From: Gammaproteobacteria bacterium | GTDB lineage: Bacteria; Pseudomonadota; Gammaproteobacteria; Burkholderiales; Burkholderiaceae_B | Length of the DNA stretch: 64,000 bases | Direction of reading: 5' to 3' | NCBI GenBank assembly: GCA_018812945.1 | Contig: JAHJCM010000007.1 | Coordinates: 11,539 to 75,538, forward strand | Shown: piece after piece, positions 46,325-54,601 of the stretch | Numbering within the stretch: position 1 is the stretch's first letter | How the letters are laid out: each line of letters starts with the position of its first letter | Notes under the pieces: model-generated | The model's input: the letters and a program-made list of their open reading frames with translations, nothing else | Told to the model about the DNA's origin: nothing | Databases searched by the model: none | Position numbers and translations under genes: made by a program

Positions 46325-47550
46325 CTTTTACCCTTTCCCATAGCACTGAGCGTTTCAGCCAAGTGACGGGCTTGGCTTTCAGTTTCAAAATACTCAAGGA
46401 AATACGACTTCCCCTGGCGGCCCAGTGTGTCGCGTTCGTCACTCGGCATCTGCTTAATCTTCAAAATATTTGCTGCCAGCGCCGCACTGTCTCCGGCGGG
46501 CGACGCCAGACCAGCTTTGGCCTCAAGCACGACCTGCGCACCTTCGCCATTCAAACTGGCTAATACCGGTTTCCCCGCAGCCAAATAAGCCTGAATTTTA
46601 CTAGGTATCGTTAGTTCAAAAATAGGGTCGTCCTCCAAGGAGACGAGTAAAGCACCCGCCCTACTGAAAATGGAAGGCATGGTTTGCATTTGAAACCGGC
46701 CAGGTAACTCAAGGTTGTCAAGGCCCCTTTCCCGTTTTTGCTGGGCGAGCCATTCGCTTTTACTGCCACTTCCAACAAGTATGATTGAGATATCGCGGTG
46801 ATCTTTCAACAATTCAGCTGCATCAATGACACAATCCAGTGCTTGAACCTGCCCAAGGTTTCCGGCAAAAACTACACAGAATCTGTTTTCCAGGGTGGCG
46901 AGCAACGGTGCAGGCGCGTCCACAAGCGCGCCTGTACTTTGCTCGGGAAAAGAATTGGGCTGATACCGGATCTTGCTGCGGTTTGCATATTCATTCAACG
47001 GTGCAATGAATGCTTTCGACTGGGCCAGCAGCAGGTCGCAACCTTTGTAGATCCAATACACCATGTAACCCACAGCTGTGAGTGCCTTCTTATTACGTAT
47101 AAAACCTGTGGCATGCAAACTTTCAGGCCACAAATCCTGAACCCACAAAGCCAGTGGCGTACGTTTAATCCACTTCAATAGGATTGCTGGAATAGCTTGC
47201 GTGATGGGTGAAGGTGCGTACACCAATATTGCATCGAACTTCAAACCACGCAAAGCCCAAGGCAAACAAAACATGCCCGCAAACACAAAAACCAGGTAGT
47301 TCAAGATTAGATTTTTGGCACCACCGTGTTTACGCGGCCATGTGGGAACTCGTACTATTAGCGTTTGTTCGTCAAACAGTTCTCGCTGAACACCGTTGGC
47401 CCTGTAGCCTGGGAAAATATTACCGTCGGGATAATTGGGTTTACCTGTAGCAACCACCACTTGATGGCCCTGTTTAACCAAGGCCTTGACCACATCGTTG
47501 ATCATGAAACTTTCAGGCCAAAAATACTGGGTGACTATCAGTATTCTCAT
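46321..47550 (-). CDS. GT4 glycosyltransferase, WbuB-like
   Basis: TQYFWPE, KPNYPDG, WVQDLWPES, FAGNLG, PSKIQAYLAAGKP. Confidence 0.9.
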   Translation of the reverse strand: MRILIVTQYFWPESFMINDVVKALVKQGHQVVVATGKPNYPDGNIFPGYRANGVQRELFDEQTLIVRVPTWPRKHGGAKNLILNYLVFVFAGMFCLPWALRGLKFDAILVYAPSPITQAIPAILLKWIKRTPLALWVQDLWPESLHATGFIRNKKALTAVGYMVYWIYKGCDLLLAQSKAFIAPLNEYANRSKIRYQPNSFPEQSTGALVDAPAPLLATLENRFCVVFAGNLGQVQALDCVIDAAELLKDHRDISIILVGSGSKSEWLAQQKRERGLDNLELPGRFQMQTMPSIFSRAGALLVSLEDDPIFELTIPSKIQAYLAAGKPVLASLNGEGAQVVLEAKAGLASPAGDSAALAANILKIKQMPSDERDTLGRQGKSYFLEYFETESQARHLAETLSAMGKGKR

Positions 47551-48575
47551 TGCTTGTCCTGCTGCAAAACGTGGGCCAGAAATGCCTTGGCATCAACAGC
47601 ATTAGTTTTGGTCACTGGGATTTTCAGATGCCGTAAAACAGCCCTGGCAATCGACGTAGGTGAATTTGGATCGAAAGTCTGGGCGGGATCAATTACGTCA
47701 CGAACATAGTCTAGTTCCGGTGCCAGAATTTGCAAACCTACTTGAGTTGCCTCCAACAAAGGCAGACCAAAAGACTCCAGTTTTGAGGGGAATATCAAGG
47801 CACTTGAGTTGCGATAGAGGTTTTGCACATCGCCATACTTCAAAGTACCGAAATTGGTAATCCTTAAACCGTGCAATATCGATTTCTGCTCAATCAACTG
47901 GACCACATGCGCTGCGCTATCTTCGTTCACGGTAAGGGCAAGACTTGGTCGAATACCCTGTTCTGCCAAAAGCACCCAAGCATCGAGAAGCGCTGCATGA
48001 TTCTTGTGGGGCTCGGCCGAAGACACGTATACGAAATCAAATTCTTTGTTATGAAAACTCTCGGCAGTGATTATGCTTGGCTCACCATTAGCCGCAAGAA
48101 AAGGTAAAACCGTGGCTTTAAAACCGAGGCTAGACTGTAATTCACGCTGCATAGTTGCAGATTGAACAATGATTCGATAGTTCGACCGCATACGGGTGCG
48201 GAACCACCAACGCTCCAACCATAAACGCAACTTGGTACCTAGTGCGAATCGGGAAAAATCGTGAGTGCCAAACATGTACCGGTTTTGAAGAAAAACAGTC
48301 ACCTTGGCGCGTGATTTAAACAAAGGGGGCAAATTACCAAAGCACAACACAATATCATCAGCTTTCGCGTTCTTTGACAGAAAAATTTCAGCGCAAAGTC
48401 GATCAAACAGTGTTGGCTTGATCGAATGAGTTGCAGGATGCAAAACAGCATCACTTTTATTCATGCGTTCGTCCAACACGCAACAAGCAGTTTTATCAAC
48501 TTGCCCCAGAAGAGCGCTCAGCAAGGTTCGACCGCCCCCTTGATGCACATTGGGTGCATGAATAAACAAGGTCAT
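47547..48575 (-). CDS. GT4 glycosyltransferase
   Basis: HKNH, IFPSKLESFGLPLLEA. Confidence 0.88.
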   Translation of the reverse strand: MTLFIHAPNVHQGGGRTLLSALLGQVDKTACCVLDERMNKSDAVLHPATHSIKPTLFDRLCAEIFLSKNAKADDIVLCFGNLPPLFKSRAKVTVFLQNRYMFGTHDFSRFALGTKLRLWLERWWFRTRMRSNYRIIVQSATMQRELQSSLGFKATVLPFLAANGEPSIITAESFHNKEFDFVYVSSAEPHKNHAALLDAWVLLAEQGIRPSLALTVNEDSAAHVVQLIEQKSILHGLRITNFGTLKYGDVQNLYRNSSALIFPSKLESFGLPLLEATQVGLQILAPELDYVRDVIDPAQTFDPNSPTSIARAVLRHLKIPVTKTNAVDAKAFLAHVLQQDKQ

Positions 48576-49768
48576 TTTGCACTACCCAGATACGCTGAAT
48601 ATAAAATCAAAAAACCCACACTTTCAGCAAAATCAAAGTGGAATGAGTTCAGCATATTTCCAACCAGATAGAACATCATCAAGGGTAGAACGTAAGTACT
48701 CGACCACGTATTTTGACTACTTCGATAAACCGCGACACCGAAGAACCAAATGTACAAAGCAAGCGCAACCAAACCACCCTGCAACACCAACATTAGAAAC
48801 TGGTTGTGAGGGTTGTAAAAAGGCGGCCAACCTGCCGCCGAGGTAAATGGTTGAACAGCAGCCTGAATTCCACCCAACCCGTAACCGAATAGAGGAGCGT
48901 TGATGAAAGCAGACCAACTAGCGGTCAAGTACATAACGCGTTCTCCAATACTGGTTTCTTGCTGAGGTTTATCCTGAAGCACTTGTAGAACTTCCAACCA
49001 AGTGGTGGAAAATCGGTCATGTACATTGTCGACTAAAAAATACGCTGAAACCAATAAAGCGACAAACGCAACACCAGCAATTACAAAACCTTTCAACCCT
49101 AGTTTTTGATAACCAAAATACAAAGGGACGACCATGAAAACGAGCCAGCCTGTACGCCCATCGATCATGCCAAACAAATTAACCAGCGCGAGTAAAGTTA
49201 GCAAAGCGAAGATTAGTTTGGGAAGCGGTTTTTCCGAGTGTAAGAAAGACAAGATCCACAGATAAATTGCGACAACCAAAAAAAAGTTATGTGTGATGTG
49301 CGATTTGAATACTGTTGGATTACTTGGAATGGCATACATGTCGGTTGCTTTGGCGCCGAAATACGACGGATCAACCCCGAACCACACGGCGTACGACAAA
49401 GCCAGTACTACACCCATTCCAGCCAAGAATCCTTTACCCACTAGATGCCTGTTTTCTGGATTGATCAGGATACTGGCTAGAAACGGAATTAGAAAGAGTC
49501 GACCGTACTTGCTAATGAATTCTGAATAGCTGGATTCATCATTACCGGGATGAAAAAACGTGAGTGCCAGATACCCGAGAAGCAGCCAAAGGGGAATTAA
49601 CTCTGCTCGAGTGAAAAACCGACCAATAGTTTGACGACATTCAGAATTAATTAACGAAAATAGAATTGCAATAGCCAAAAGCAAATTCACCGGCGCCGGC
49701 TTAATCGGCAAAAAAAACGCCACCCCTGCCAGAAACCAGGCTGGGTTGATTCGCTGAAACCAATTCAA
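48572..49768 (-). CDS. O-antigen ligase-family membrane protein (WaaL/O-OTase, Wzy_C domain)
   Basis: About 12 TM segments, GRTGW, SIGER and PLFGYGLG, and the PHNQFL motif typical of ligases and O-oligosaccharyltransferases. Confidence 0.8.
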   Translation of the reverse strand: MNWFQRINPAWFLAGVAFFLPIKPAPVNLLLAIAILFSLINSECRQTIGRFFTRAELIPLWLLLGYLALTFFHPGNDESSYSEFISKYGRLFLIPFLASILINPENRHLVGKGFLAGMGVVLALSYAVWFGVDPSYFGAKATDMYAIPSNPTVFKSHITHNFFLVVAIYLWILSFLHSEKPLPKLIFALLTLLALVNLFGMIDGRTGWLVFMVVPLYFGYQKLGLKGFVIAGVAFVALLVSAYFLVDNVHDRFSTTWLEVLQVLQDKPQQETSIGERVMYLTASWSAFINAPLFGYGLGGIQAAVQPFTSAAGWPPFYNPHNQFLMLVLQGGLVALALYIWFFGVAVYRSSQNTWSSTYVLPLMMFYLVGNMLNSFHFDFAESVGFLILYSAYLGSAK

Positions 49769-49804
49769 GCAATTACCCCTGAAGATAGGAAGAATTGCTC
49801 GATT

Positions 49805-50926
49805 TTACAGCTTGGCCAGCCAAAAAAACTGCAAGTACTCCACTCGGCGACTTTCATCACTCAAGGTATCGAACCCAAACTTGACCCCGCCATGTTTGAA
49901 GTACGCCGCAAAATCGAATGCCTCGAAGTGCGTTTCATAGCCCACAGTGATACCTTCGAGCCAAGGGAAAGGTTGCTGCCAGCCCGCGCTCAAGCGGGGT
50001 AAAACCAAGCCGTTGATATGTTTGACATCAAAACCGAGTTGGTGAACATGTGCTGCGCCTGTGGAGTAAAGCCCACCGACGTGGGTTTTGACAGGCAAGC
50101 TGAAGGTGTAGTTTTCTCGACTATTTCGACCCTGAATGGCTGAGTTGTAGTTGAGGAAACCGTCAGAATCGAATTGGTTGACATTGCTGTTGATGGTTTG
50201 AACAGTAGTGGGTGCACTGTCAATTTCGTTGCTGTTAAACAGGTTCTGAACGTTGGCAAACATCAGGGTATTGGGCTTTGCCTGCCATTGCACAGCCAAG
50301 TCCAAGGCGTACCCAAGGCCACTTGGGCCAGGACCGGCGGGAAACTGAAAATCGGCTTCCGTGTCGCGCTCTACAGTATTGACATTGATGTCGTAGCTGC
50401 CATCTGCGCGAGCAGCAGCGAAGCCCTTGGCCTGTATTTCACGGTAACGGTCGATGTTGTACACCCGAAATGCAGGTGATATTTCAACACCCGGCAACGT
50501 CAAGGTTTTGGCGAAACTTAAACCGGTGTGTTCAATTCCATAGCCATCAAAATCAACCGCGTAAGCGCGATTGGTGTTGGGTGGTACACGTGCATTAATG
50601 TCGGCGTAAAGCTGACCGGTTTCTCGGCCTGCATTGATAAAAATTTCCTGCCGCTTGTAGGCTTGCAAGGTAAAGCCATTTCGACAGGCTTGCAGGTATG
50701 CAGCATTCTCGGCCAAGCCATATACCTGGCTGTGCCTGGGGCTGTACCCGGTGAATTGATCGTCAAACTGATCAATTGATGTTGCGTTGTTGGCCTGATA
50801 GGTTTGACCACCGAATTCGAGCACGTACTGCCCTGAATCGCTTGCGCTTGCCATGCCTGAAATAAAAAAGGCCGCCGCCACAGCGGCGACCTTGAGACCA
50901 AATTTAGAATTGTTCAAACGTACCAT
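49805..50926 (-). CDS. Putative outer-membrane beta-barrel protein (TraF_2/DUF5723-like)
   Basis: Signal peptide, amphipathic strands, GLGYALDLAVQW...FANVQNL motif and an aromatic C-terminal strand. Start overlaps the lipoprotein 3' end. Confidence 0.55.
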   Translation of the reverse strand: MVRLNNSKFGLKVAAVAAAFFISGMASASDSGQYVLEFGGQTYQANNATSIDQFDDQFTGYSPRHSQVYGLAENAAYLQACRNGFTLQAYKRQEIFINAGRETGQLYADINARVPPNTNRAYAVDFDGYGIEHTGLSFAKTLTLPGVEISPAFRVYNIDRYREIQAKGFAAARADGSYDINVNTVERDTEADFQFPAGPGPSGLGYALDLAVQWQAKPNTLMFANVQNLFNSNEIDSAPTTVQTINSNVNQFDSDGFLNYNSAIQGRNSRENYTFSLPVKTHVGGLYSTGAAHVHQLGFDVKHINGLVLPRLSAGWQQPFPWLEGITVGYETHFEAFDFAAYFKHGGVKFGFDTLSDESRRVEYLQFFWLAKL

Positions 50927-53315
50927 CCACGTAATTGACCCGGGCATCGGCCACATTGTAGCGTGCCGCCAGTCGACCATCTCGCAACACATCTACGGTT
51001 TGCGCAGAGTCAGGATTGAAAGGCCCAACTGTAACCATGCTGGTGGGTGAGTTGATGGTAATGGACTCCATACCCTGTTCATTTCGCGATGCGTTCAGGA
51101 TTACGGTAGTGCCGTTTTGCTGATAAGTGAATGCCAGTGAACCTGCGTCAACACCATCCAAGGTGTCGTTCAACACCGCGTTATTAACCTGAAGCTCTAC
51201 GACAAGCTCGGGGCGATTGGGCAAACGGAGCGTACCGTCGAACAAAACCGAGGTGGTGGCGGGCATTGTTTCTGTGGCTGGGGTGCCACTGAGGGTTACG
51301 GCACCTTCAAACAAGGTATTTGTAGCACTACCCTCTTTCAAATCAACCGCACCCGTAAATTCAATAACACCTTCATCGCTGTCGGCGGAAAAGCTGCCGC
51401 GCAGTGCCCCCAATTGAGTCTCAATTCGGCCCTGTGCTGCAATTGAACCCGTCGACTCTTGGGTTTCGGGATCTTCGGTGCCACTTACAGTGAAGCTGCT
51501 TAACGCAGTGGTAATTGTTTGATCACCAGAGGTGGTGGTGAATGAGCCACTGCCGACCAAGGTCACACTGTTCTCATCAGGGAACGAGGCAGTAAAGTCG
51601 ATATCGACGTTTGTTGTGTCTGCAAGTTCAACCGCAGTGGGGTTTGCAGGGTTGCTGAAATCAAACTCGATTGGAGGTGCAACCATGCCACTGAAAGACC
51701 CTGTCATACTTGTGGTGTTACCCAGGCTGTCAAAAGTTTTGTTGCCACTCGCCGTGGCAACGCCAGCGCCTGCAACACCGCCGATCACGCGACTGTTTCC
51801 TTCAAGGCTCAAGCAACGATCAACTGAATTGTCTTGGCTGAAATCTACATCACAAAAGCGGGAATCGCTTTCCACATTGAAGGTATTTACCTGACCGGAA
51901 ATTGGTGTCATCAAGACGTAGTTTCGTAACTCAAGGAAACCGTTCCCCTGTGGTCGACTTGCGCCGTCACCAAATACGGTACAACCCACGAATCTCGCAT
52001 TGTTTGCACCCGAGGAATTTGCCAGTACAACACCTGTGACCGGTTGATCGGGCTCGCGTGTAACAGAGGACAGAACCAGACAGGCGGCAGAACCAGCAGA
52101 GAAAAACACTGGCCTTGGTTCTTGTAAATTGTTGTTTGCGACAAACTGATGGGTCGCCCAAAGCTCAATTCCCAAAGCGGTGGCCTCGGTAATGTCAAAC
52201 GGGCCTGGCTCAAGCCCTGTGGCCTGGTTGGTCAAGCTGTCAGCAAAGTTTGCAAGCTGCGTTTCCAGCGGGCCGTTCAGTTCATCGTTATCCAGCGCGG
52301 CCGCATTGGACCGAAGATTGTTGAACAGGGTTTTAACCGCCGCCACGTCGGTTTCATTGAAACCCTGTTCAGGTGTAGCAACTGCCGTTGTCTGTGGCTG
52401 CTCCGGATTCATTTCCGCCGTGCGGATTTCGTCAGTGGCAGGGTCGGTTGCGGGGTCGACCATTTCGCCGGTCTGGTTAACTTCCATATCGCCAGAGACT
52501 GCTGTAATGGCCGCGGTAAAGCCTTGAATTTTTGAACCGTCGATCGACACGGTTGCTTGGTTATTGGCAATGCTTGAACCAGCGTAGGCCATGGCCAGAT
52601 TATTGGCTGCACAAATTTGTTTCGCTGCAGGTGTTGTGCCTTCAGAGCAGTCTGCGTCGGCAATGCCTTGGCTGAGTTGCGCCAAAGCAGCCAGCAAGAT
52701 AGCCTGTTTTTTTGCTTCTGGACTTGCACCAGCACTGGCAGGATCGCGAGGATTAACAGGCTGGGTTACCACAGGGTTAAAACCCAGGGTGGTTGTGATG
52801 GCGACTTGTGCCTGTTGAACAAGCAAAGGGGTGGCATTGCCGCTGCCCCGGGAACGCTCCACTAGCTCGGCAACAATGGTGGTGAAGGGTGTAGCGTTGA
52901 TGCTGACCGGTTGCCCCGCGTTGACATTGCCCACCGACTTGATCAAAGCGCCAGACAATCCAGTTGCTGGATCTGAGCTACCTGTGGCTTCGTTCAGAAT
53001 GGTGGTCATGCCATCAGCCGAGATTTCAACAAACACCGGGCCGGCATAATTTGCATTGCTCAAGGTGGCTGTGTAACTGCCGTTTGCACTGGTGCGAACT
53101 GGACTTGATGTGGTGCCAAGAGGGTTACCAGCACCATCAAACAAGGTAACAATACCGTTTTGAATAATACCCTTGGCTGCGGCACCACTGACTGTTCCAC
53201 CACCACTGCCACCCGAGGAGGCGCTGCTGTCGCCACCACCTCCTCCGCACGATGCCACACCAATACAAATAGAAACTGCGATCGCCAGTTTTGTTAGTTT
53301 GTTGAATTGACTCAT
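50904..53315 (-). CDS. Large Ser/Thr/Ala/Gly-rich surface lipoprotein (803 aa)
   Basis: Lipobox VASC plus a Gly/Ser tether. N-terminal beta-sandwich (GAAAKG...TSANGSY...GPVFVEI), helical middle and a long beta-strand-rich C-terminal half. Confidence 0.78.
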   Translation of the reverse strand: MSQFNKLTKLAIAVSICIGVASCGGGGGDSSASSGGSGGGTVSGAAAKGIIQNGIVTLFDGAGNPLGTTSSPVRTSANGSYTATLSNANYAGPVFVEISADGMTTILNEATGSSDPATGLSGALIKSVGNVNAGQPVSINATPFTTIVAELVERSRGSGNATPLLVQQAQVAITTTLGFNPVVTQPVNPRDPASAGASPEAKKQAILLAALAQLSQGIADADCSEGTTPAAKQICAANNLAMAYAGSSIANNQATVSIDGSKIQGFTAAITAVSGDMEVNQTGEMVDPATDPATDEIRTAEMNPEQPQTTAVATPEQGFNETDVAAVKTLFNNLRSNAAALDNDELNGPLETQLANFADSLTNQATGLEPGPFDITEATALGIELWATHQFVANNNLQEPRPVFFSAGSAACLVLSSVTREPDQPVTGVVLANSSGANNARFVGCTVFGDGASRPQGNGFLELRNYVLMTPISGQVNTFNVESDSRFCDVDFSQDNSVDRCLSLEGNSRVIGGVAGAGVATASGNKTFDSLGNTTSMTGSFSGMVAPPIEFDFSNPANPTAVELADTTNVDIDFTASFPDENSVTLVGSGSFTTTSGDQTITTALSSFTVSGTEDPETQESTGSIAAQGRIETQLGALRGSFSADSDEGVIEFTGAVDLKEGSATNTLFEGAVTLSGTPATETMPATTSVLFDGTLRLPNRPELVVELQVNNAVLNDTLDGVDAGSLAFTYQQNGTTVILNASRNEQGMESITINSPTSMVTVGPFNPDSAQTVDVLRDGRLAARYNVADARVNYVDGTFEQF

Positions 53316-53453
53316 CTCTCGACCTTTTAATTATTTGTTTAACGAAATAATAATTACTCGGTCAATATTGAATGCGAGCCTCAATTCACACAATCGTCAC
53401 TTTTGCGATAAGCGATTTTTCTACGCGTTTTGGAGGATACTCAAATGCGGGGG

Positions 53454-54536
53454 TTATACCCACCCCCACCGTTGCCAGTGCATTTTCAAAAATGCATAAG
53501 TAACCGGCGCGGTAATTAGGCCAGGCAGGCCGAAAGCCACTTCGCCCAGAATGATGGCGATGAGCATTTCAGGCACGCTCGCCCGCACGTTGCGGCCAAT
53601 GATGTAGCCATTCACAAAGTATTCAAGCTTGTGAATGATGAACAGGTAAAGCACAGACCCCATGGCCACAAACACGCCGTATCGAATGGTAAGCACAAGA
53701 ATAAGGGTGTTGGCCATGATGTTGCCGGCCGCAGGAATGAGGCTGGCCACGGCGGTGAACATGAGCAGCAGTTCACGGAAAGGGAGCACCACATCAAACG
53801 CGGGCAAAATGCCGTAGATAAACACGGCCGTGCAGAAGGTGTTCCAGATGCTGACGTACACCTGCGCGCCCATGAGCAAGGTGAAACAGCGCACGTACTT
53901 TTCAAGCGTTTGCAGCCAGGCGTCGGCCAAAGGTTTGGCTGGACCACCCGCCACTGTGGCTGGCACCATGAGTGCTGCGGAAACACCCAGAATAAGGGCA
54001 AACACAAATTGCAGGAAAATGAAGAAACTGGCGCCGCCGAAGCTGCGGATGTAGCCCACGAAGTCGCTGTCGTCTTTGCTGATCATGCGAAACAATTCGC
54101 TGGGTTTGCCTGGTATGTGTTCTTTAATCGCCTGAGGCAGGCTGGCGGTGACTGAATTCAGGTTGCGCAGGGCCTCGTCAACCAGCTGTGGGCCCTGCTG
54201 GGTCATGGTGGCCAGTACAAAGCGTATCCCACTGTTCAAGCCGATTCCCAACAACACCACGGCCGCAGCCACCACTGCAGTGGTTAAAAAGGTGGGCAAC
54301 CAGCCAAACAGGCCGCGCATGAAGCGGCCCTTGAATTTGTTGATGTGGGGTTGAAGCAGGAGCACAAAACCGCGGCGAGTAAAGCGGGTAAGGGCAAAAA
54401 TAGCGAGGCCAGCAATAAGGCCCACCCCGATTTTCAGGCTCAACATGCTGACCCAAATGGCCAAAATGCCGACTACGGACGCATATTCCCAACGAAGGGT
54501 GGTGTGTTCTTGATGCTGCGGTACTGGGCTGGGCAT
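53454..54536 (-). CDS. AI-2E family transporter
   Basis: Multi-TM protein with SLIPAAGN, IHKLEYFVN..IIG, and FGLPGLITAPV. Confidence 0.8.
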   Translation of the reverse strand: MPSPVPQHQEHTTLRWEYASVVGILAIWVSMLSLKIGVGLIAGLAIFALTRFTRRGFVLLLQPHINKFKGRFMRGLFGWLPTFLTTAVVAAAVVLLGIGLNSGIRFVLATMTQQGPQLVDEALRNLNSVTASLPQAIKEHIPGKPSELFRMISKDDSDFVGYIRSFGGASFFIFLQFVFALILGVSAALMVPATVAGGPAKPLADAWLQTLEKYVRCFTLLMGAQVYVSIWNTFCTAVFIYGILPAFDVVLPFRELLLMFTAVASLIPAAGNIMANTLILVLTIRYGVFVAMGSVLYLFIIHKLEYFVNGYIIGRNVRASVPEMLIAIILGEVAFGLPGLITAPVTYAFLKMHWQRWGWV

Positions 54537-54601
54537 TTGGATTCTTGGCTGATTGTTGGTTGGGGTATGACCAAGTGATTCCCGATTCTATCCCAACTTT
54601 T

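Noticed and set aside
49805-50926. Conjugation gene (TraF-like resemblance)
   Set aside because: No other tra/trb, relaxase or coupling-protein genes are nearby. The resemblance is to a barrel family, not evidence of conjugation.
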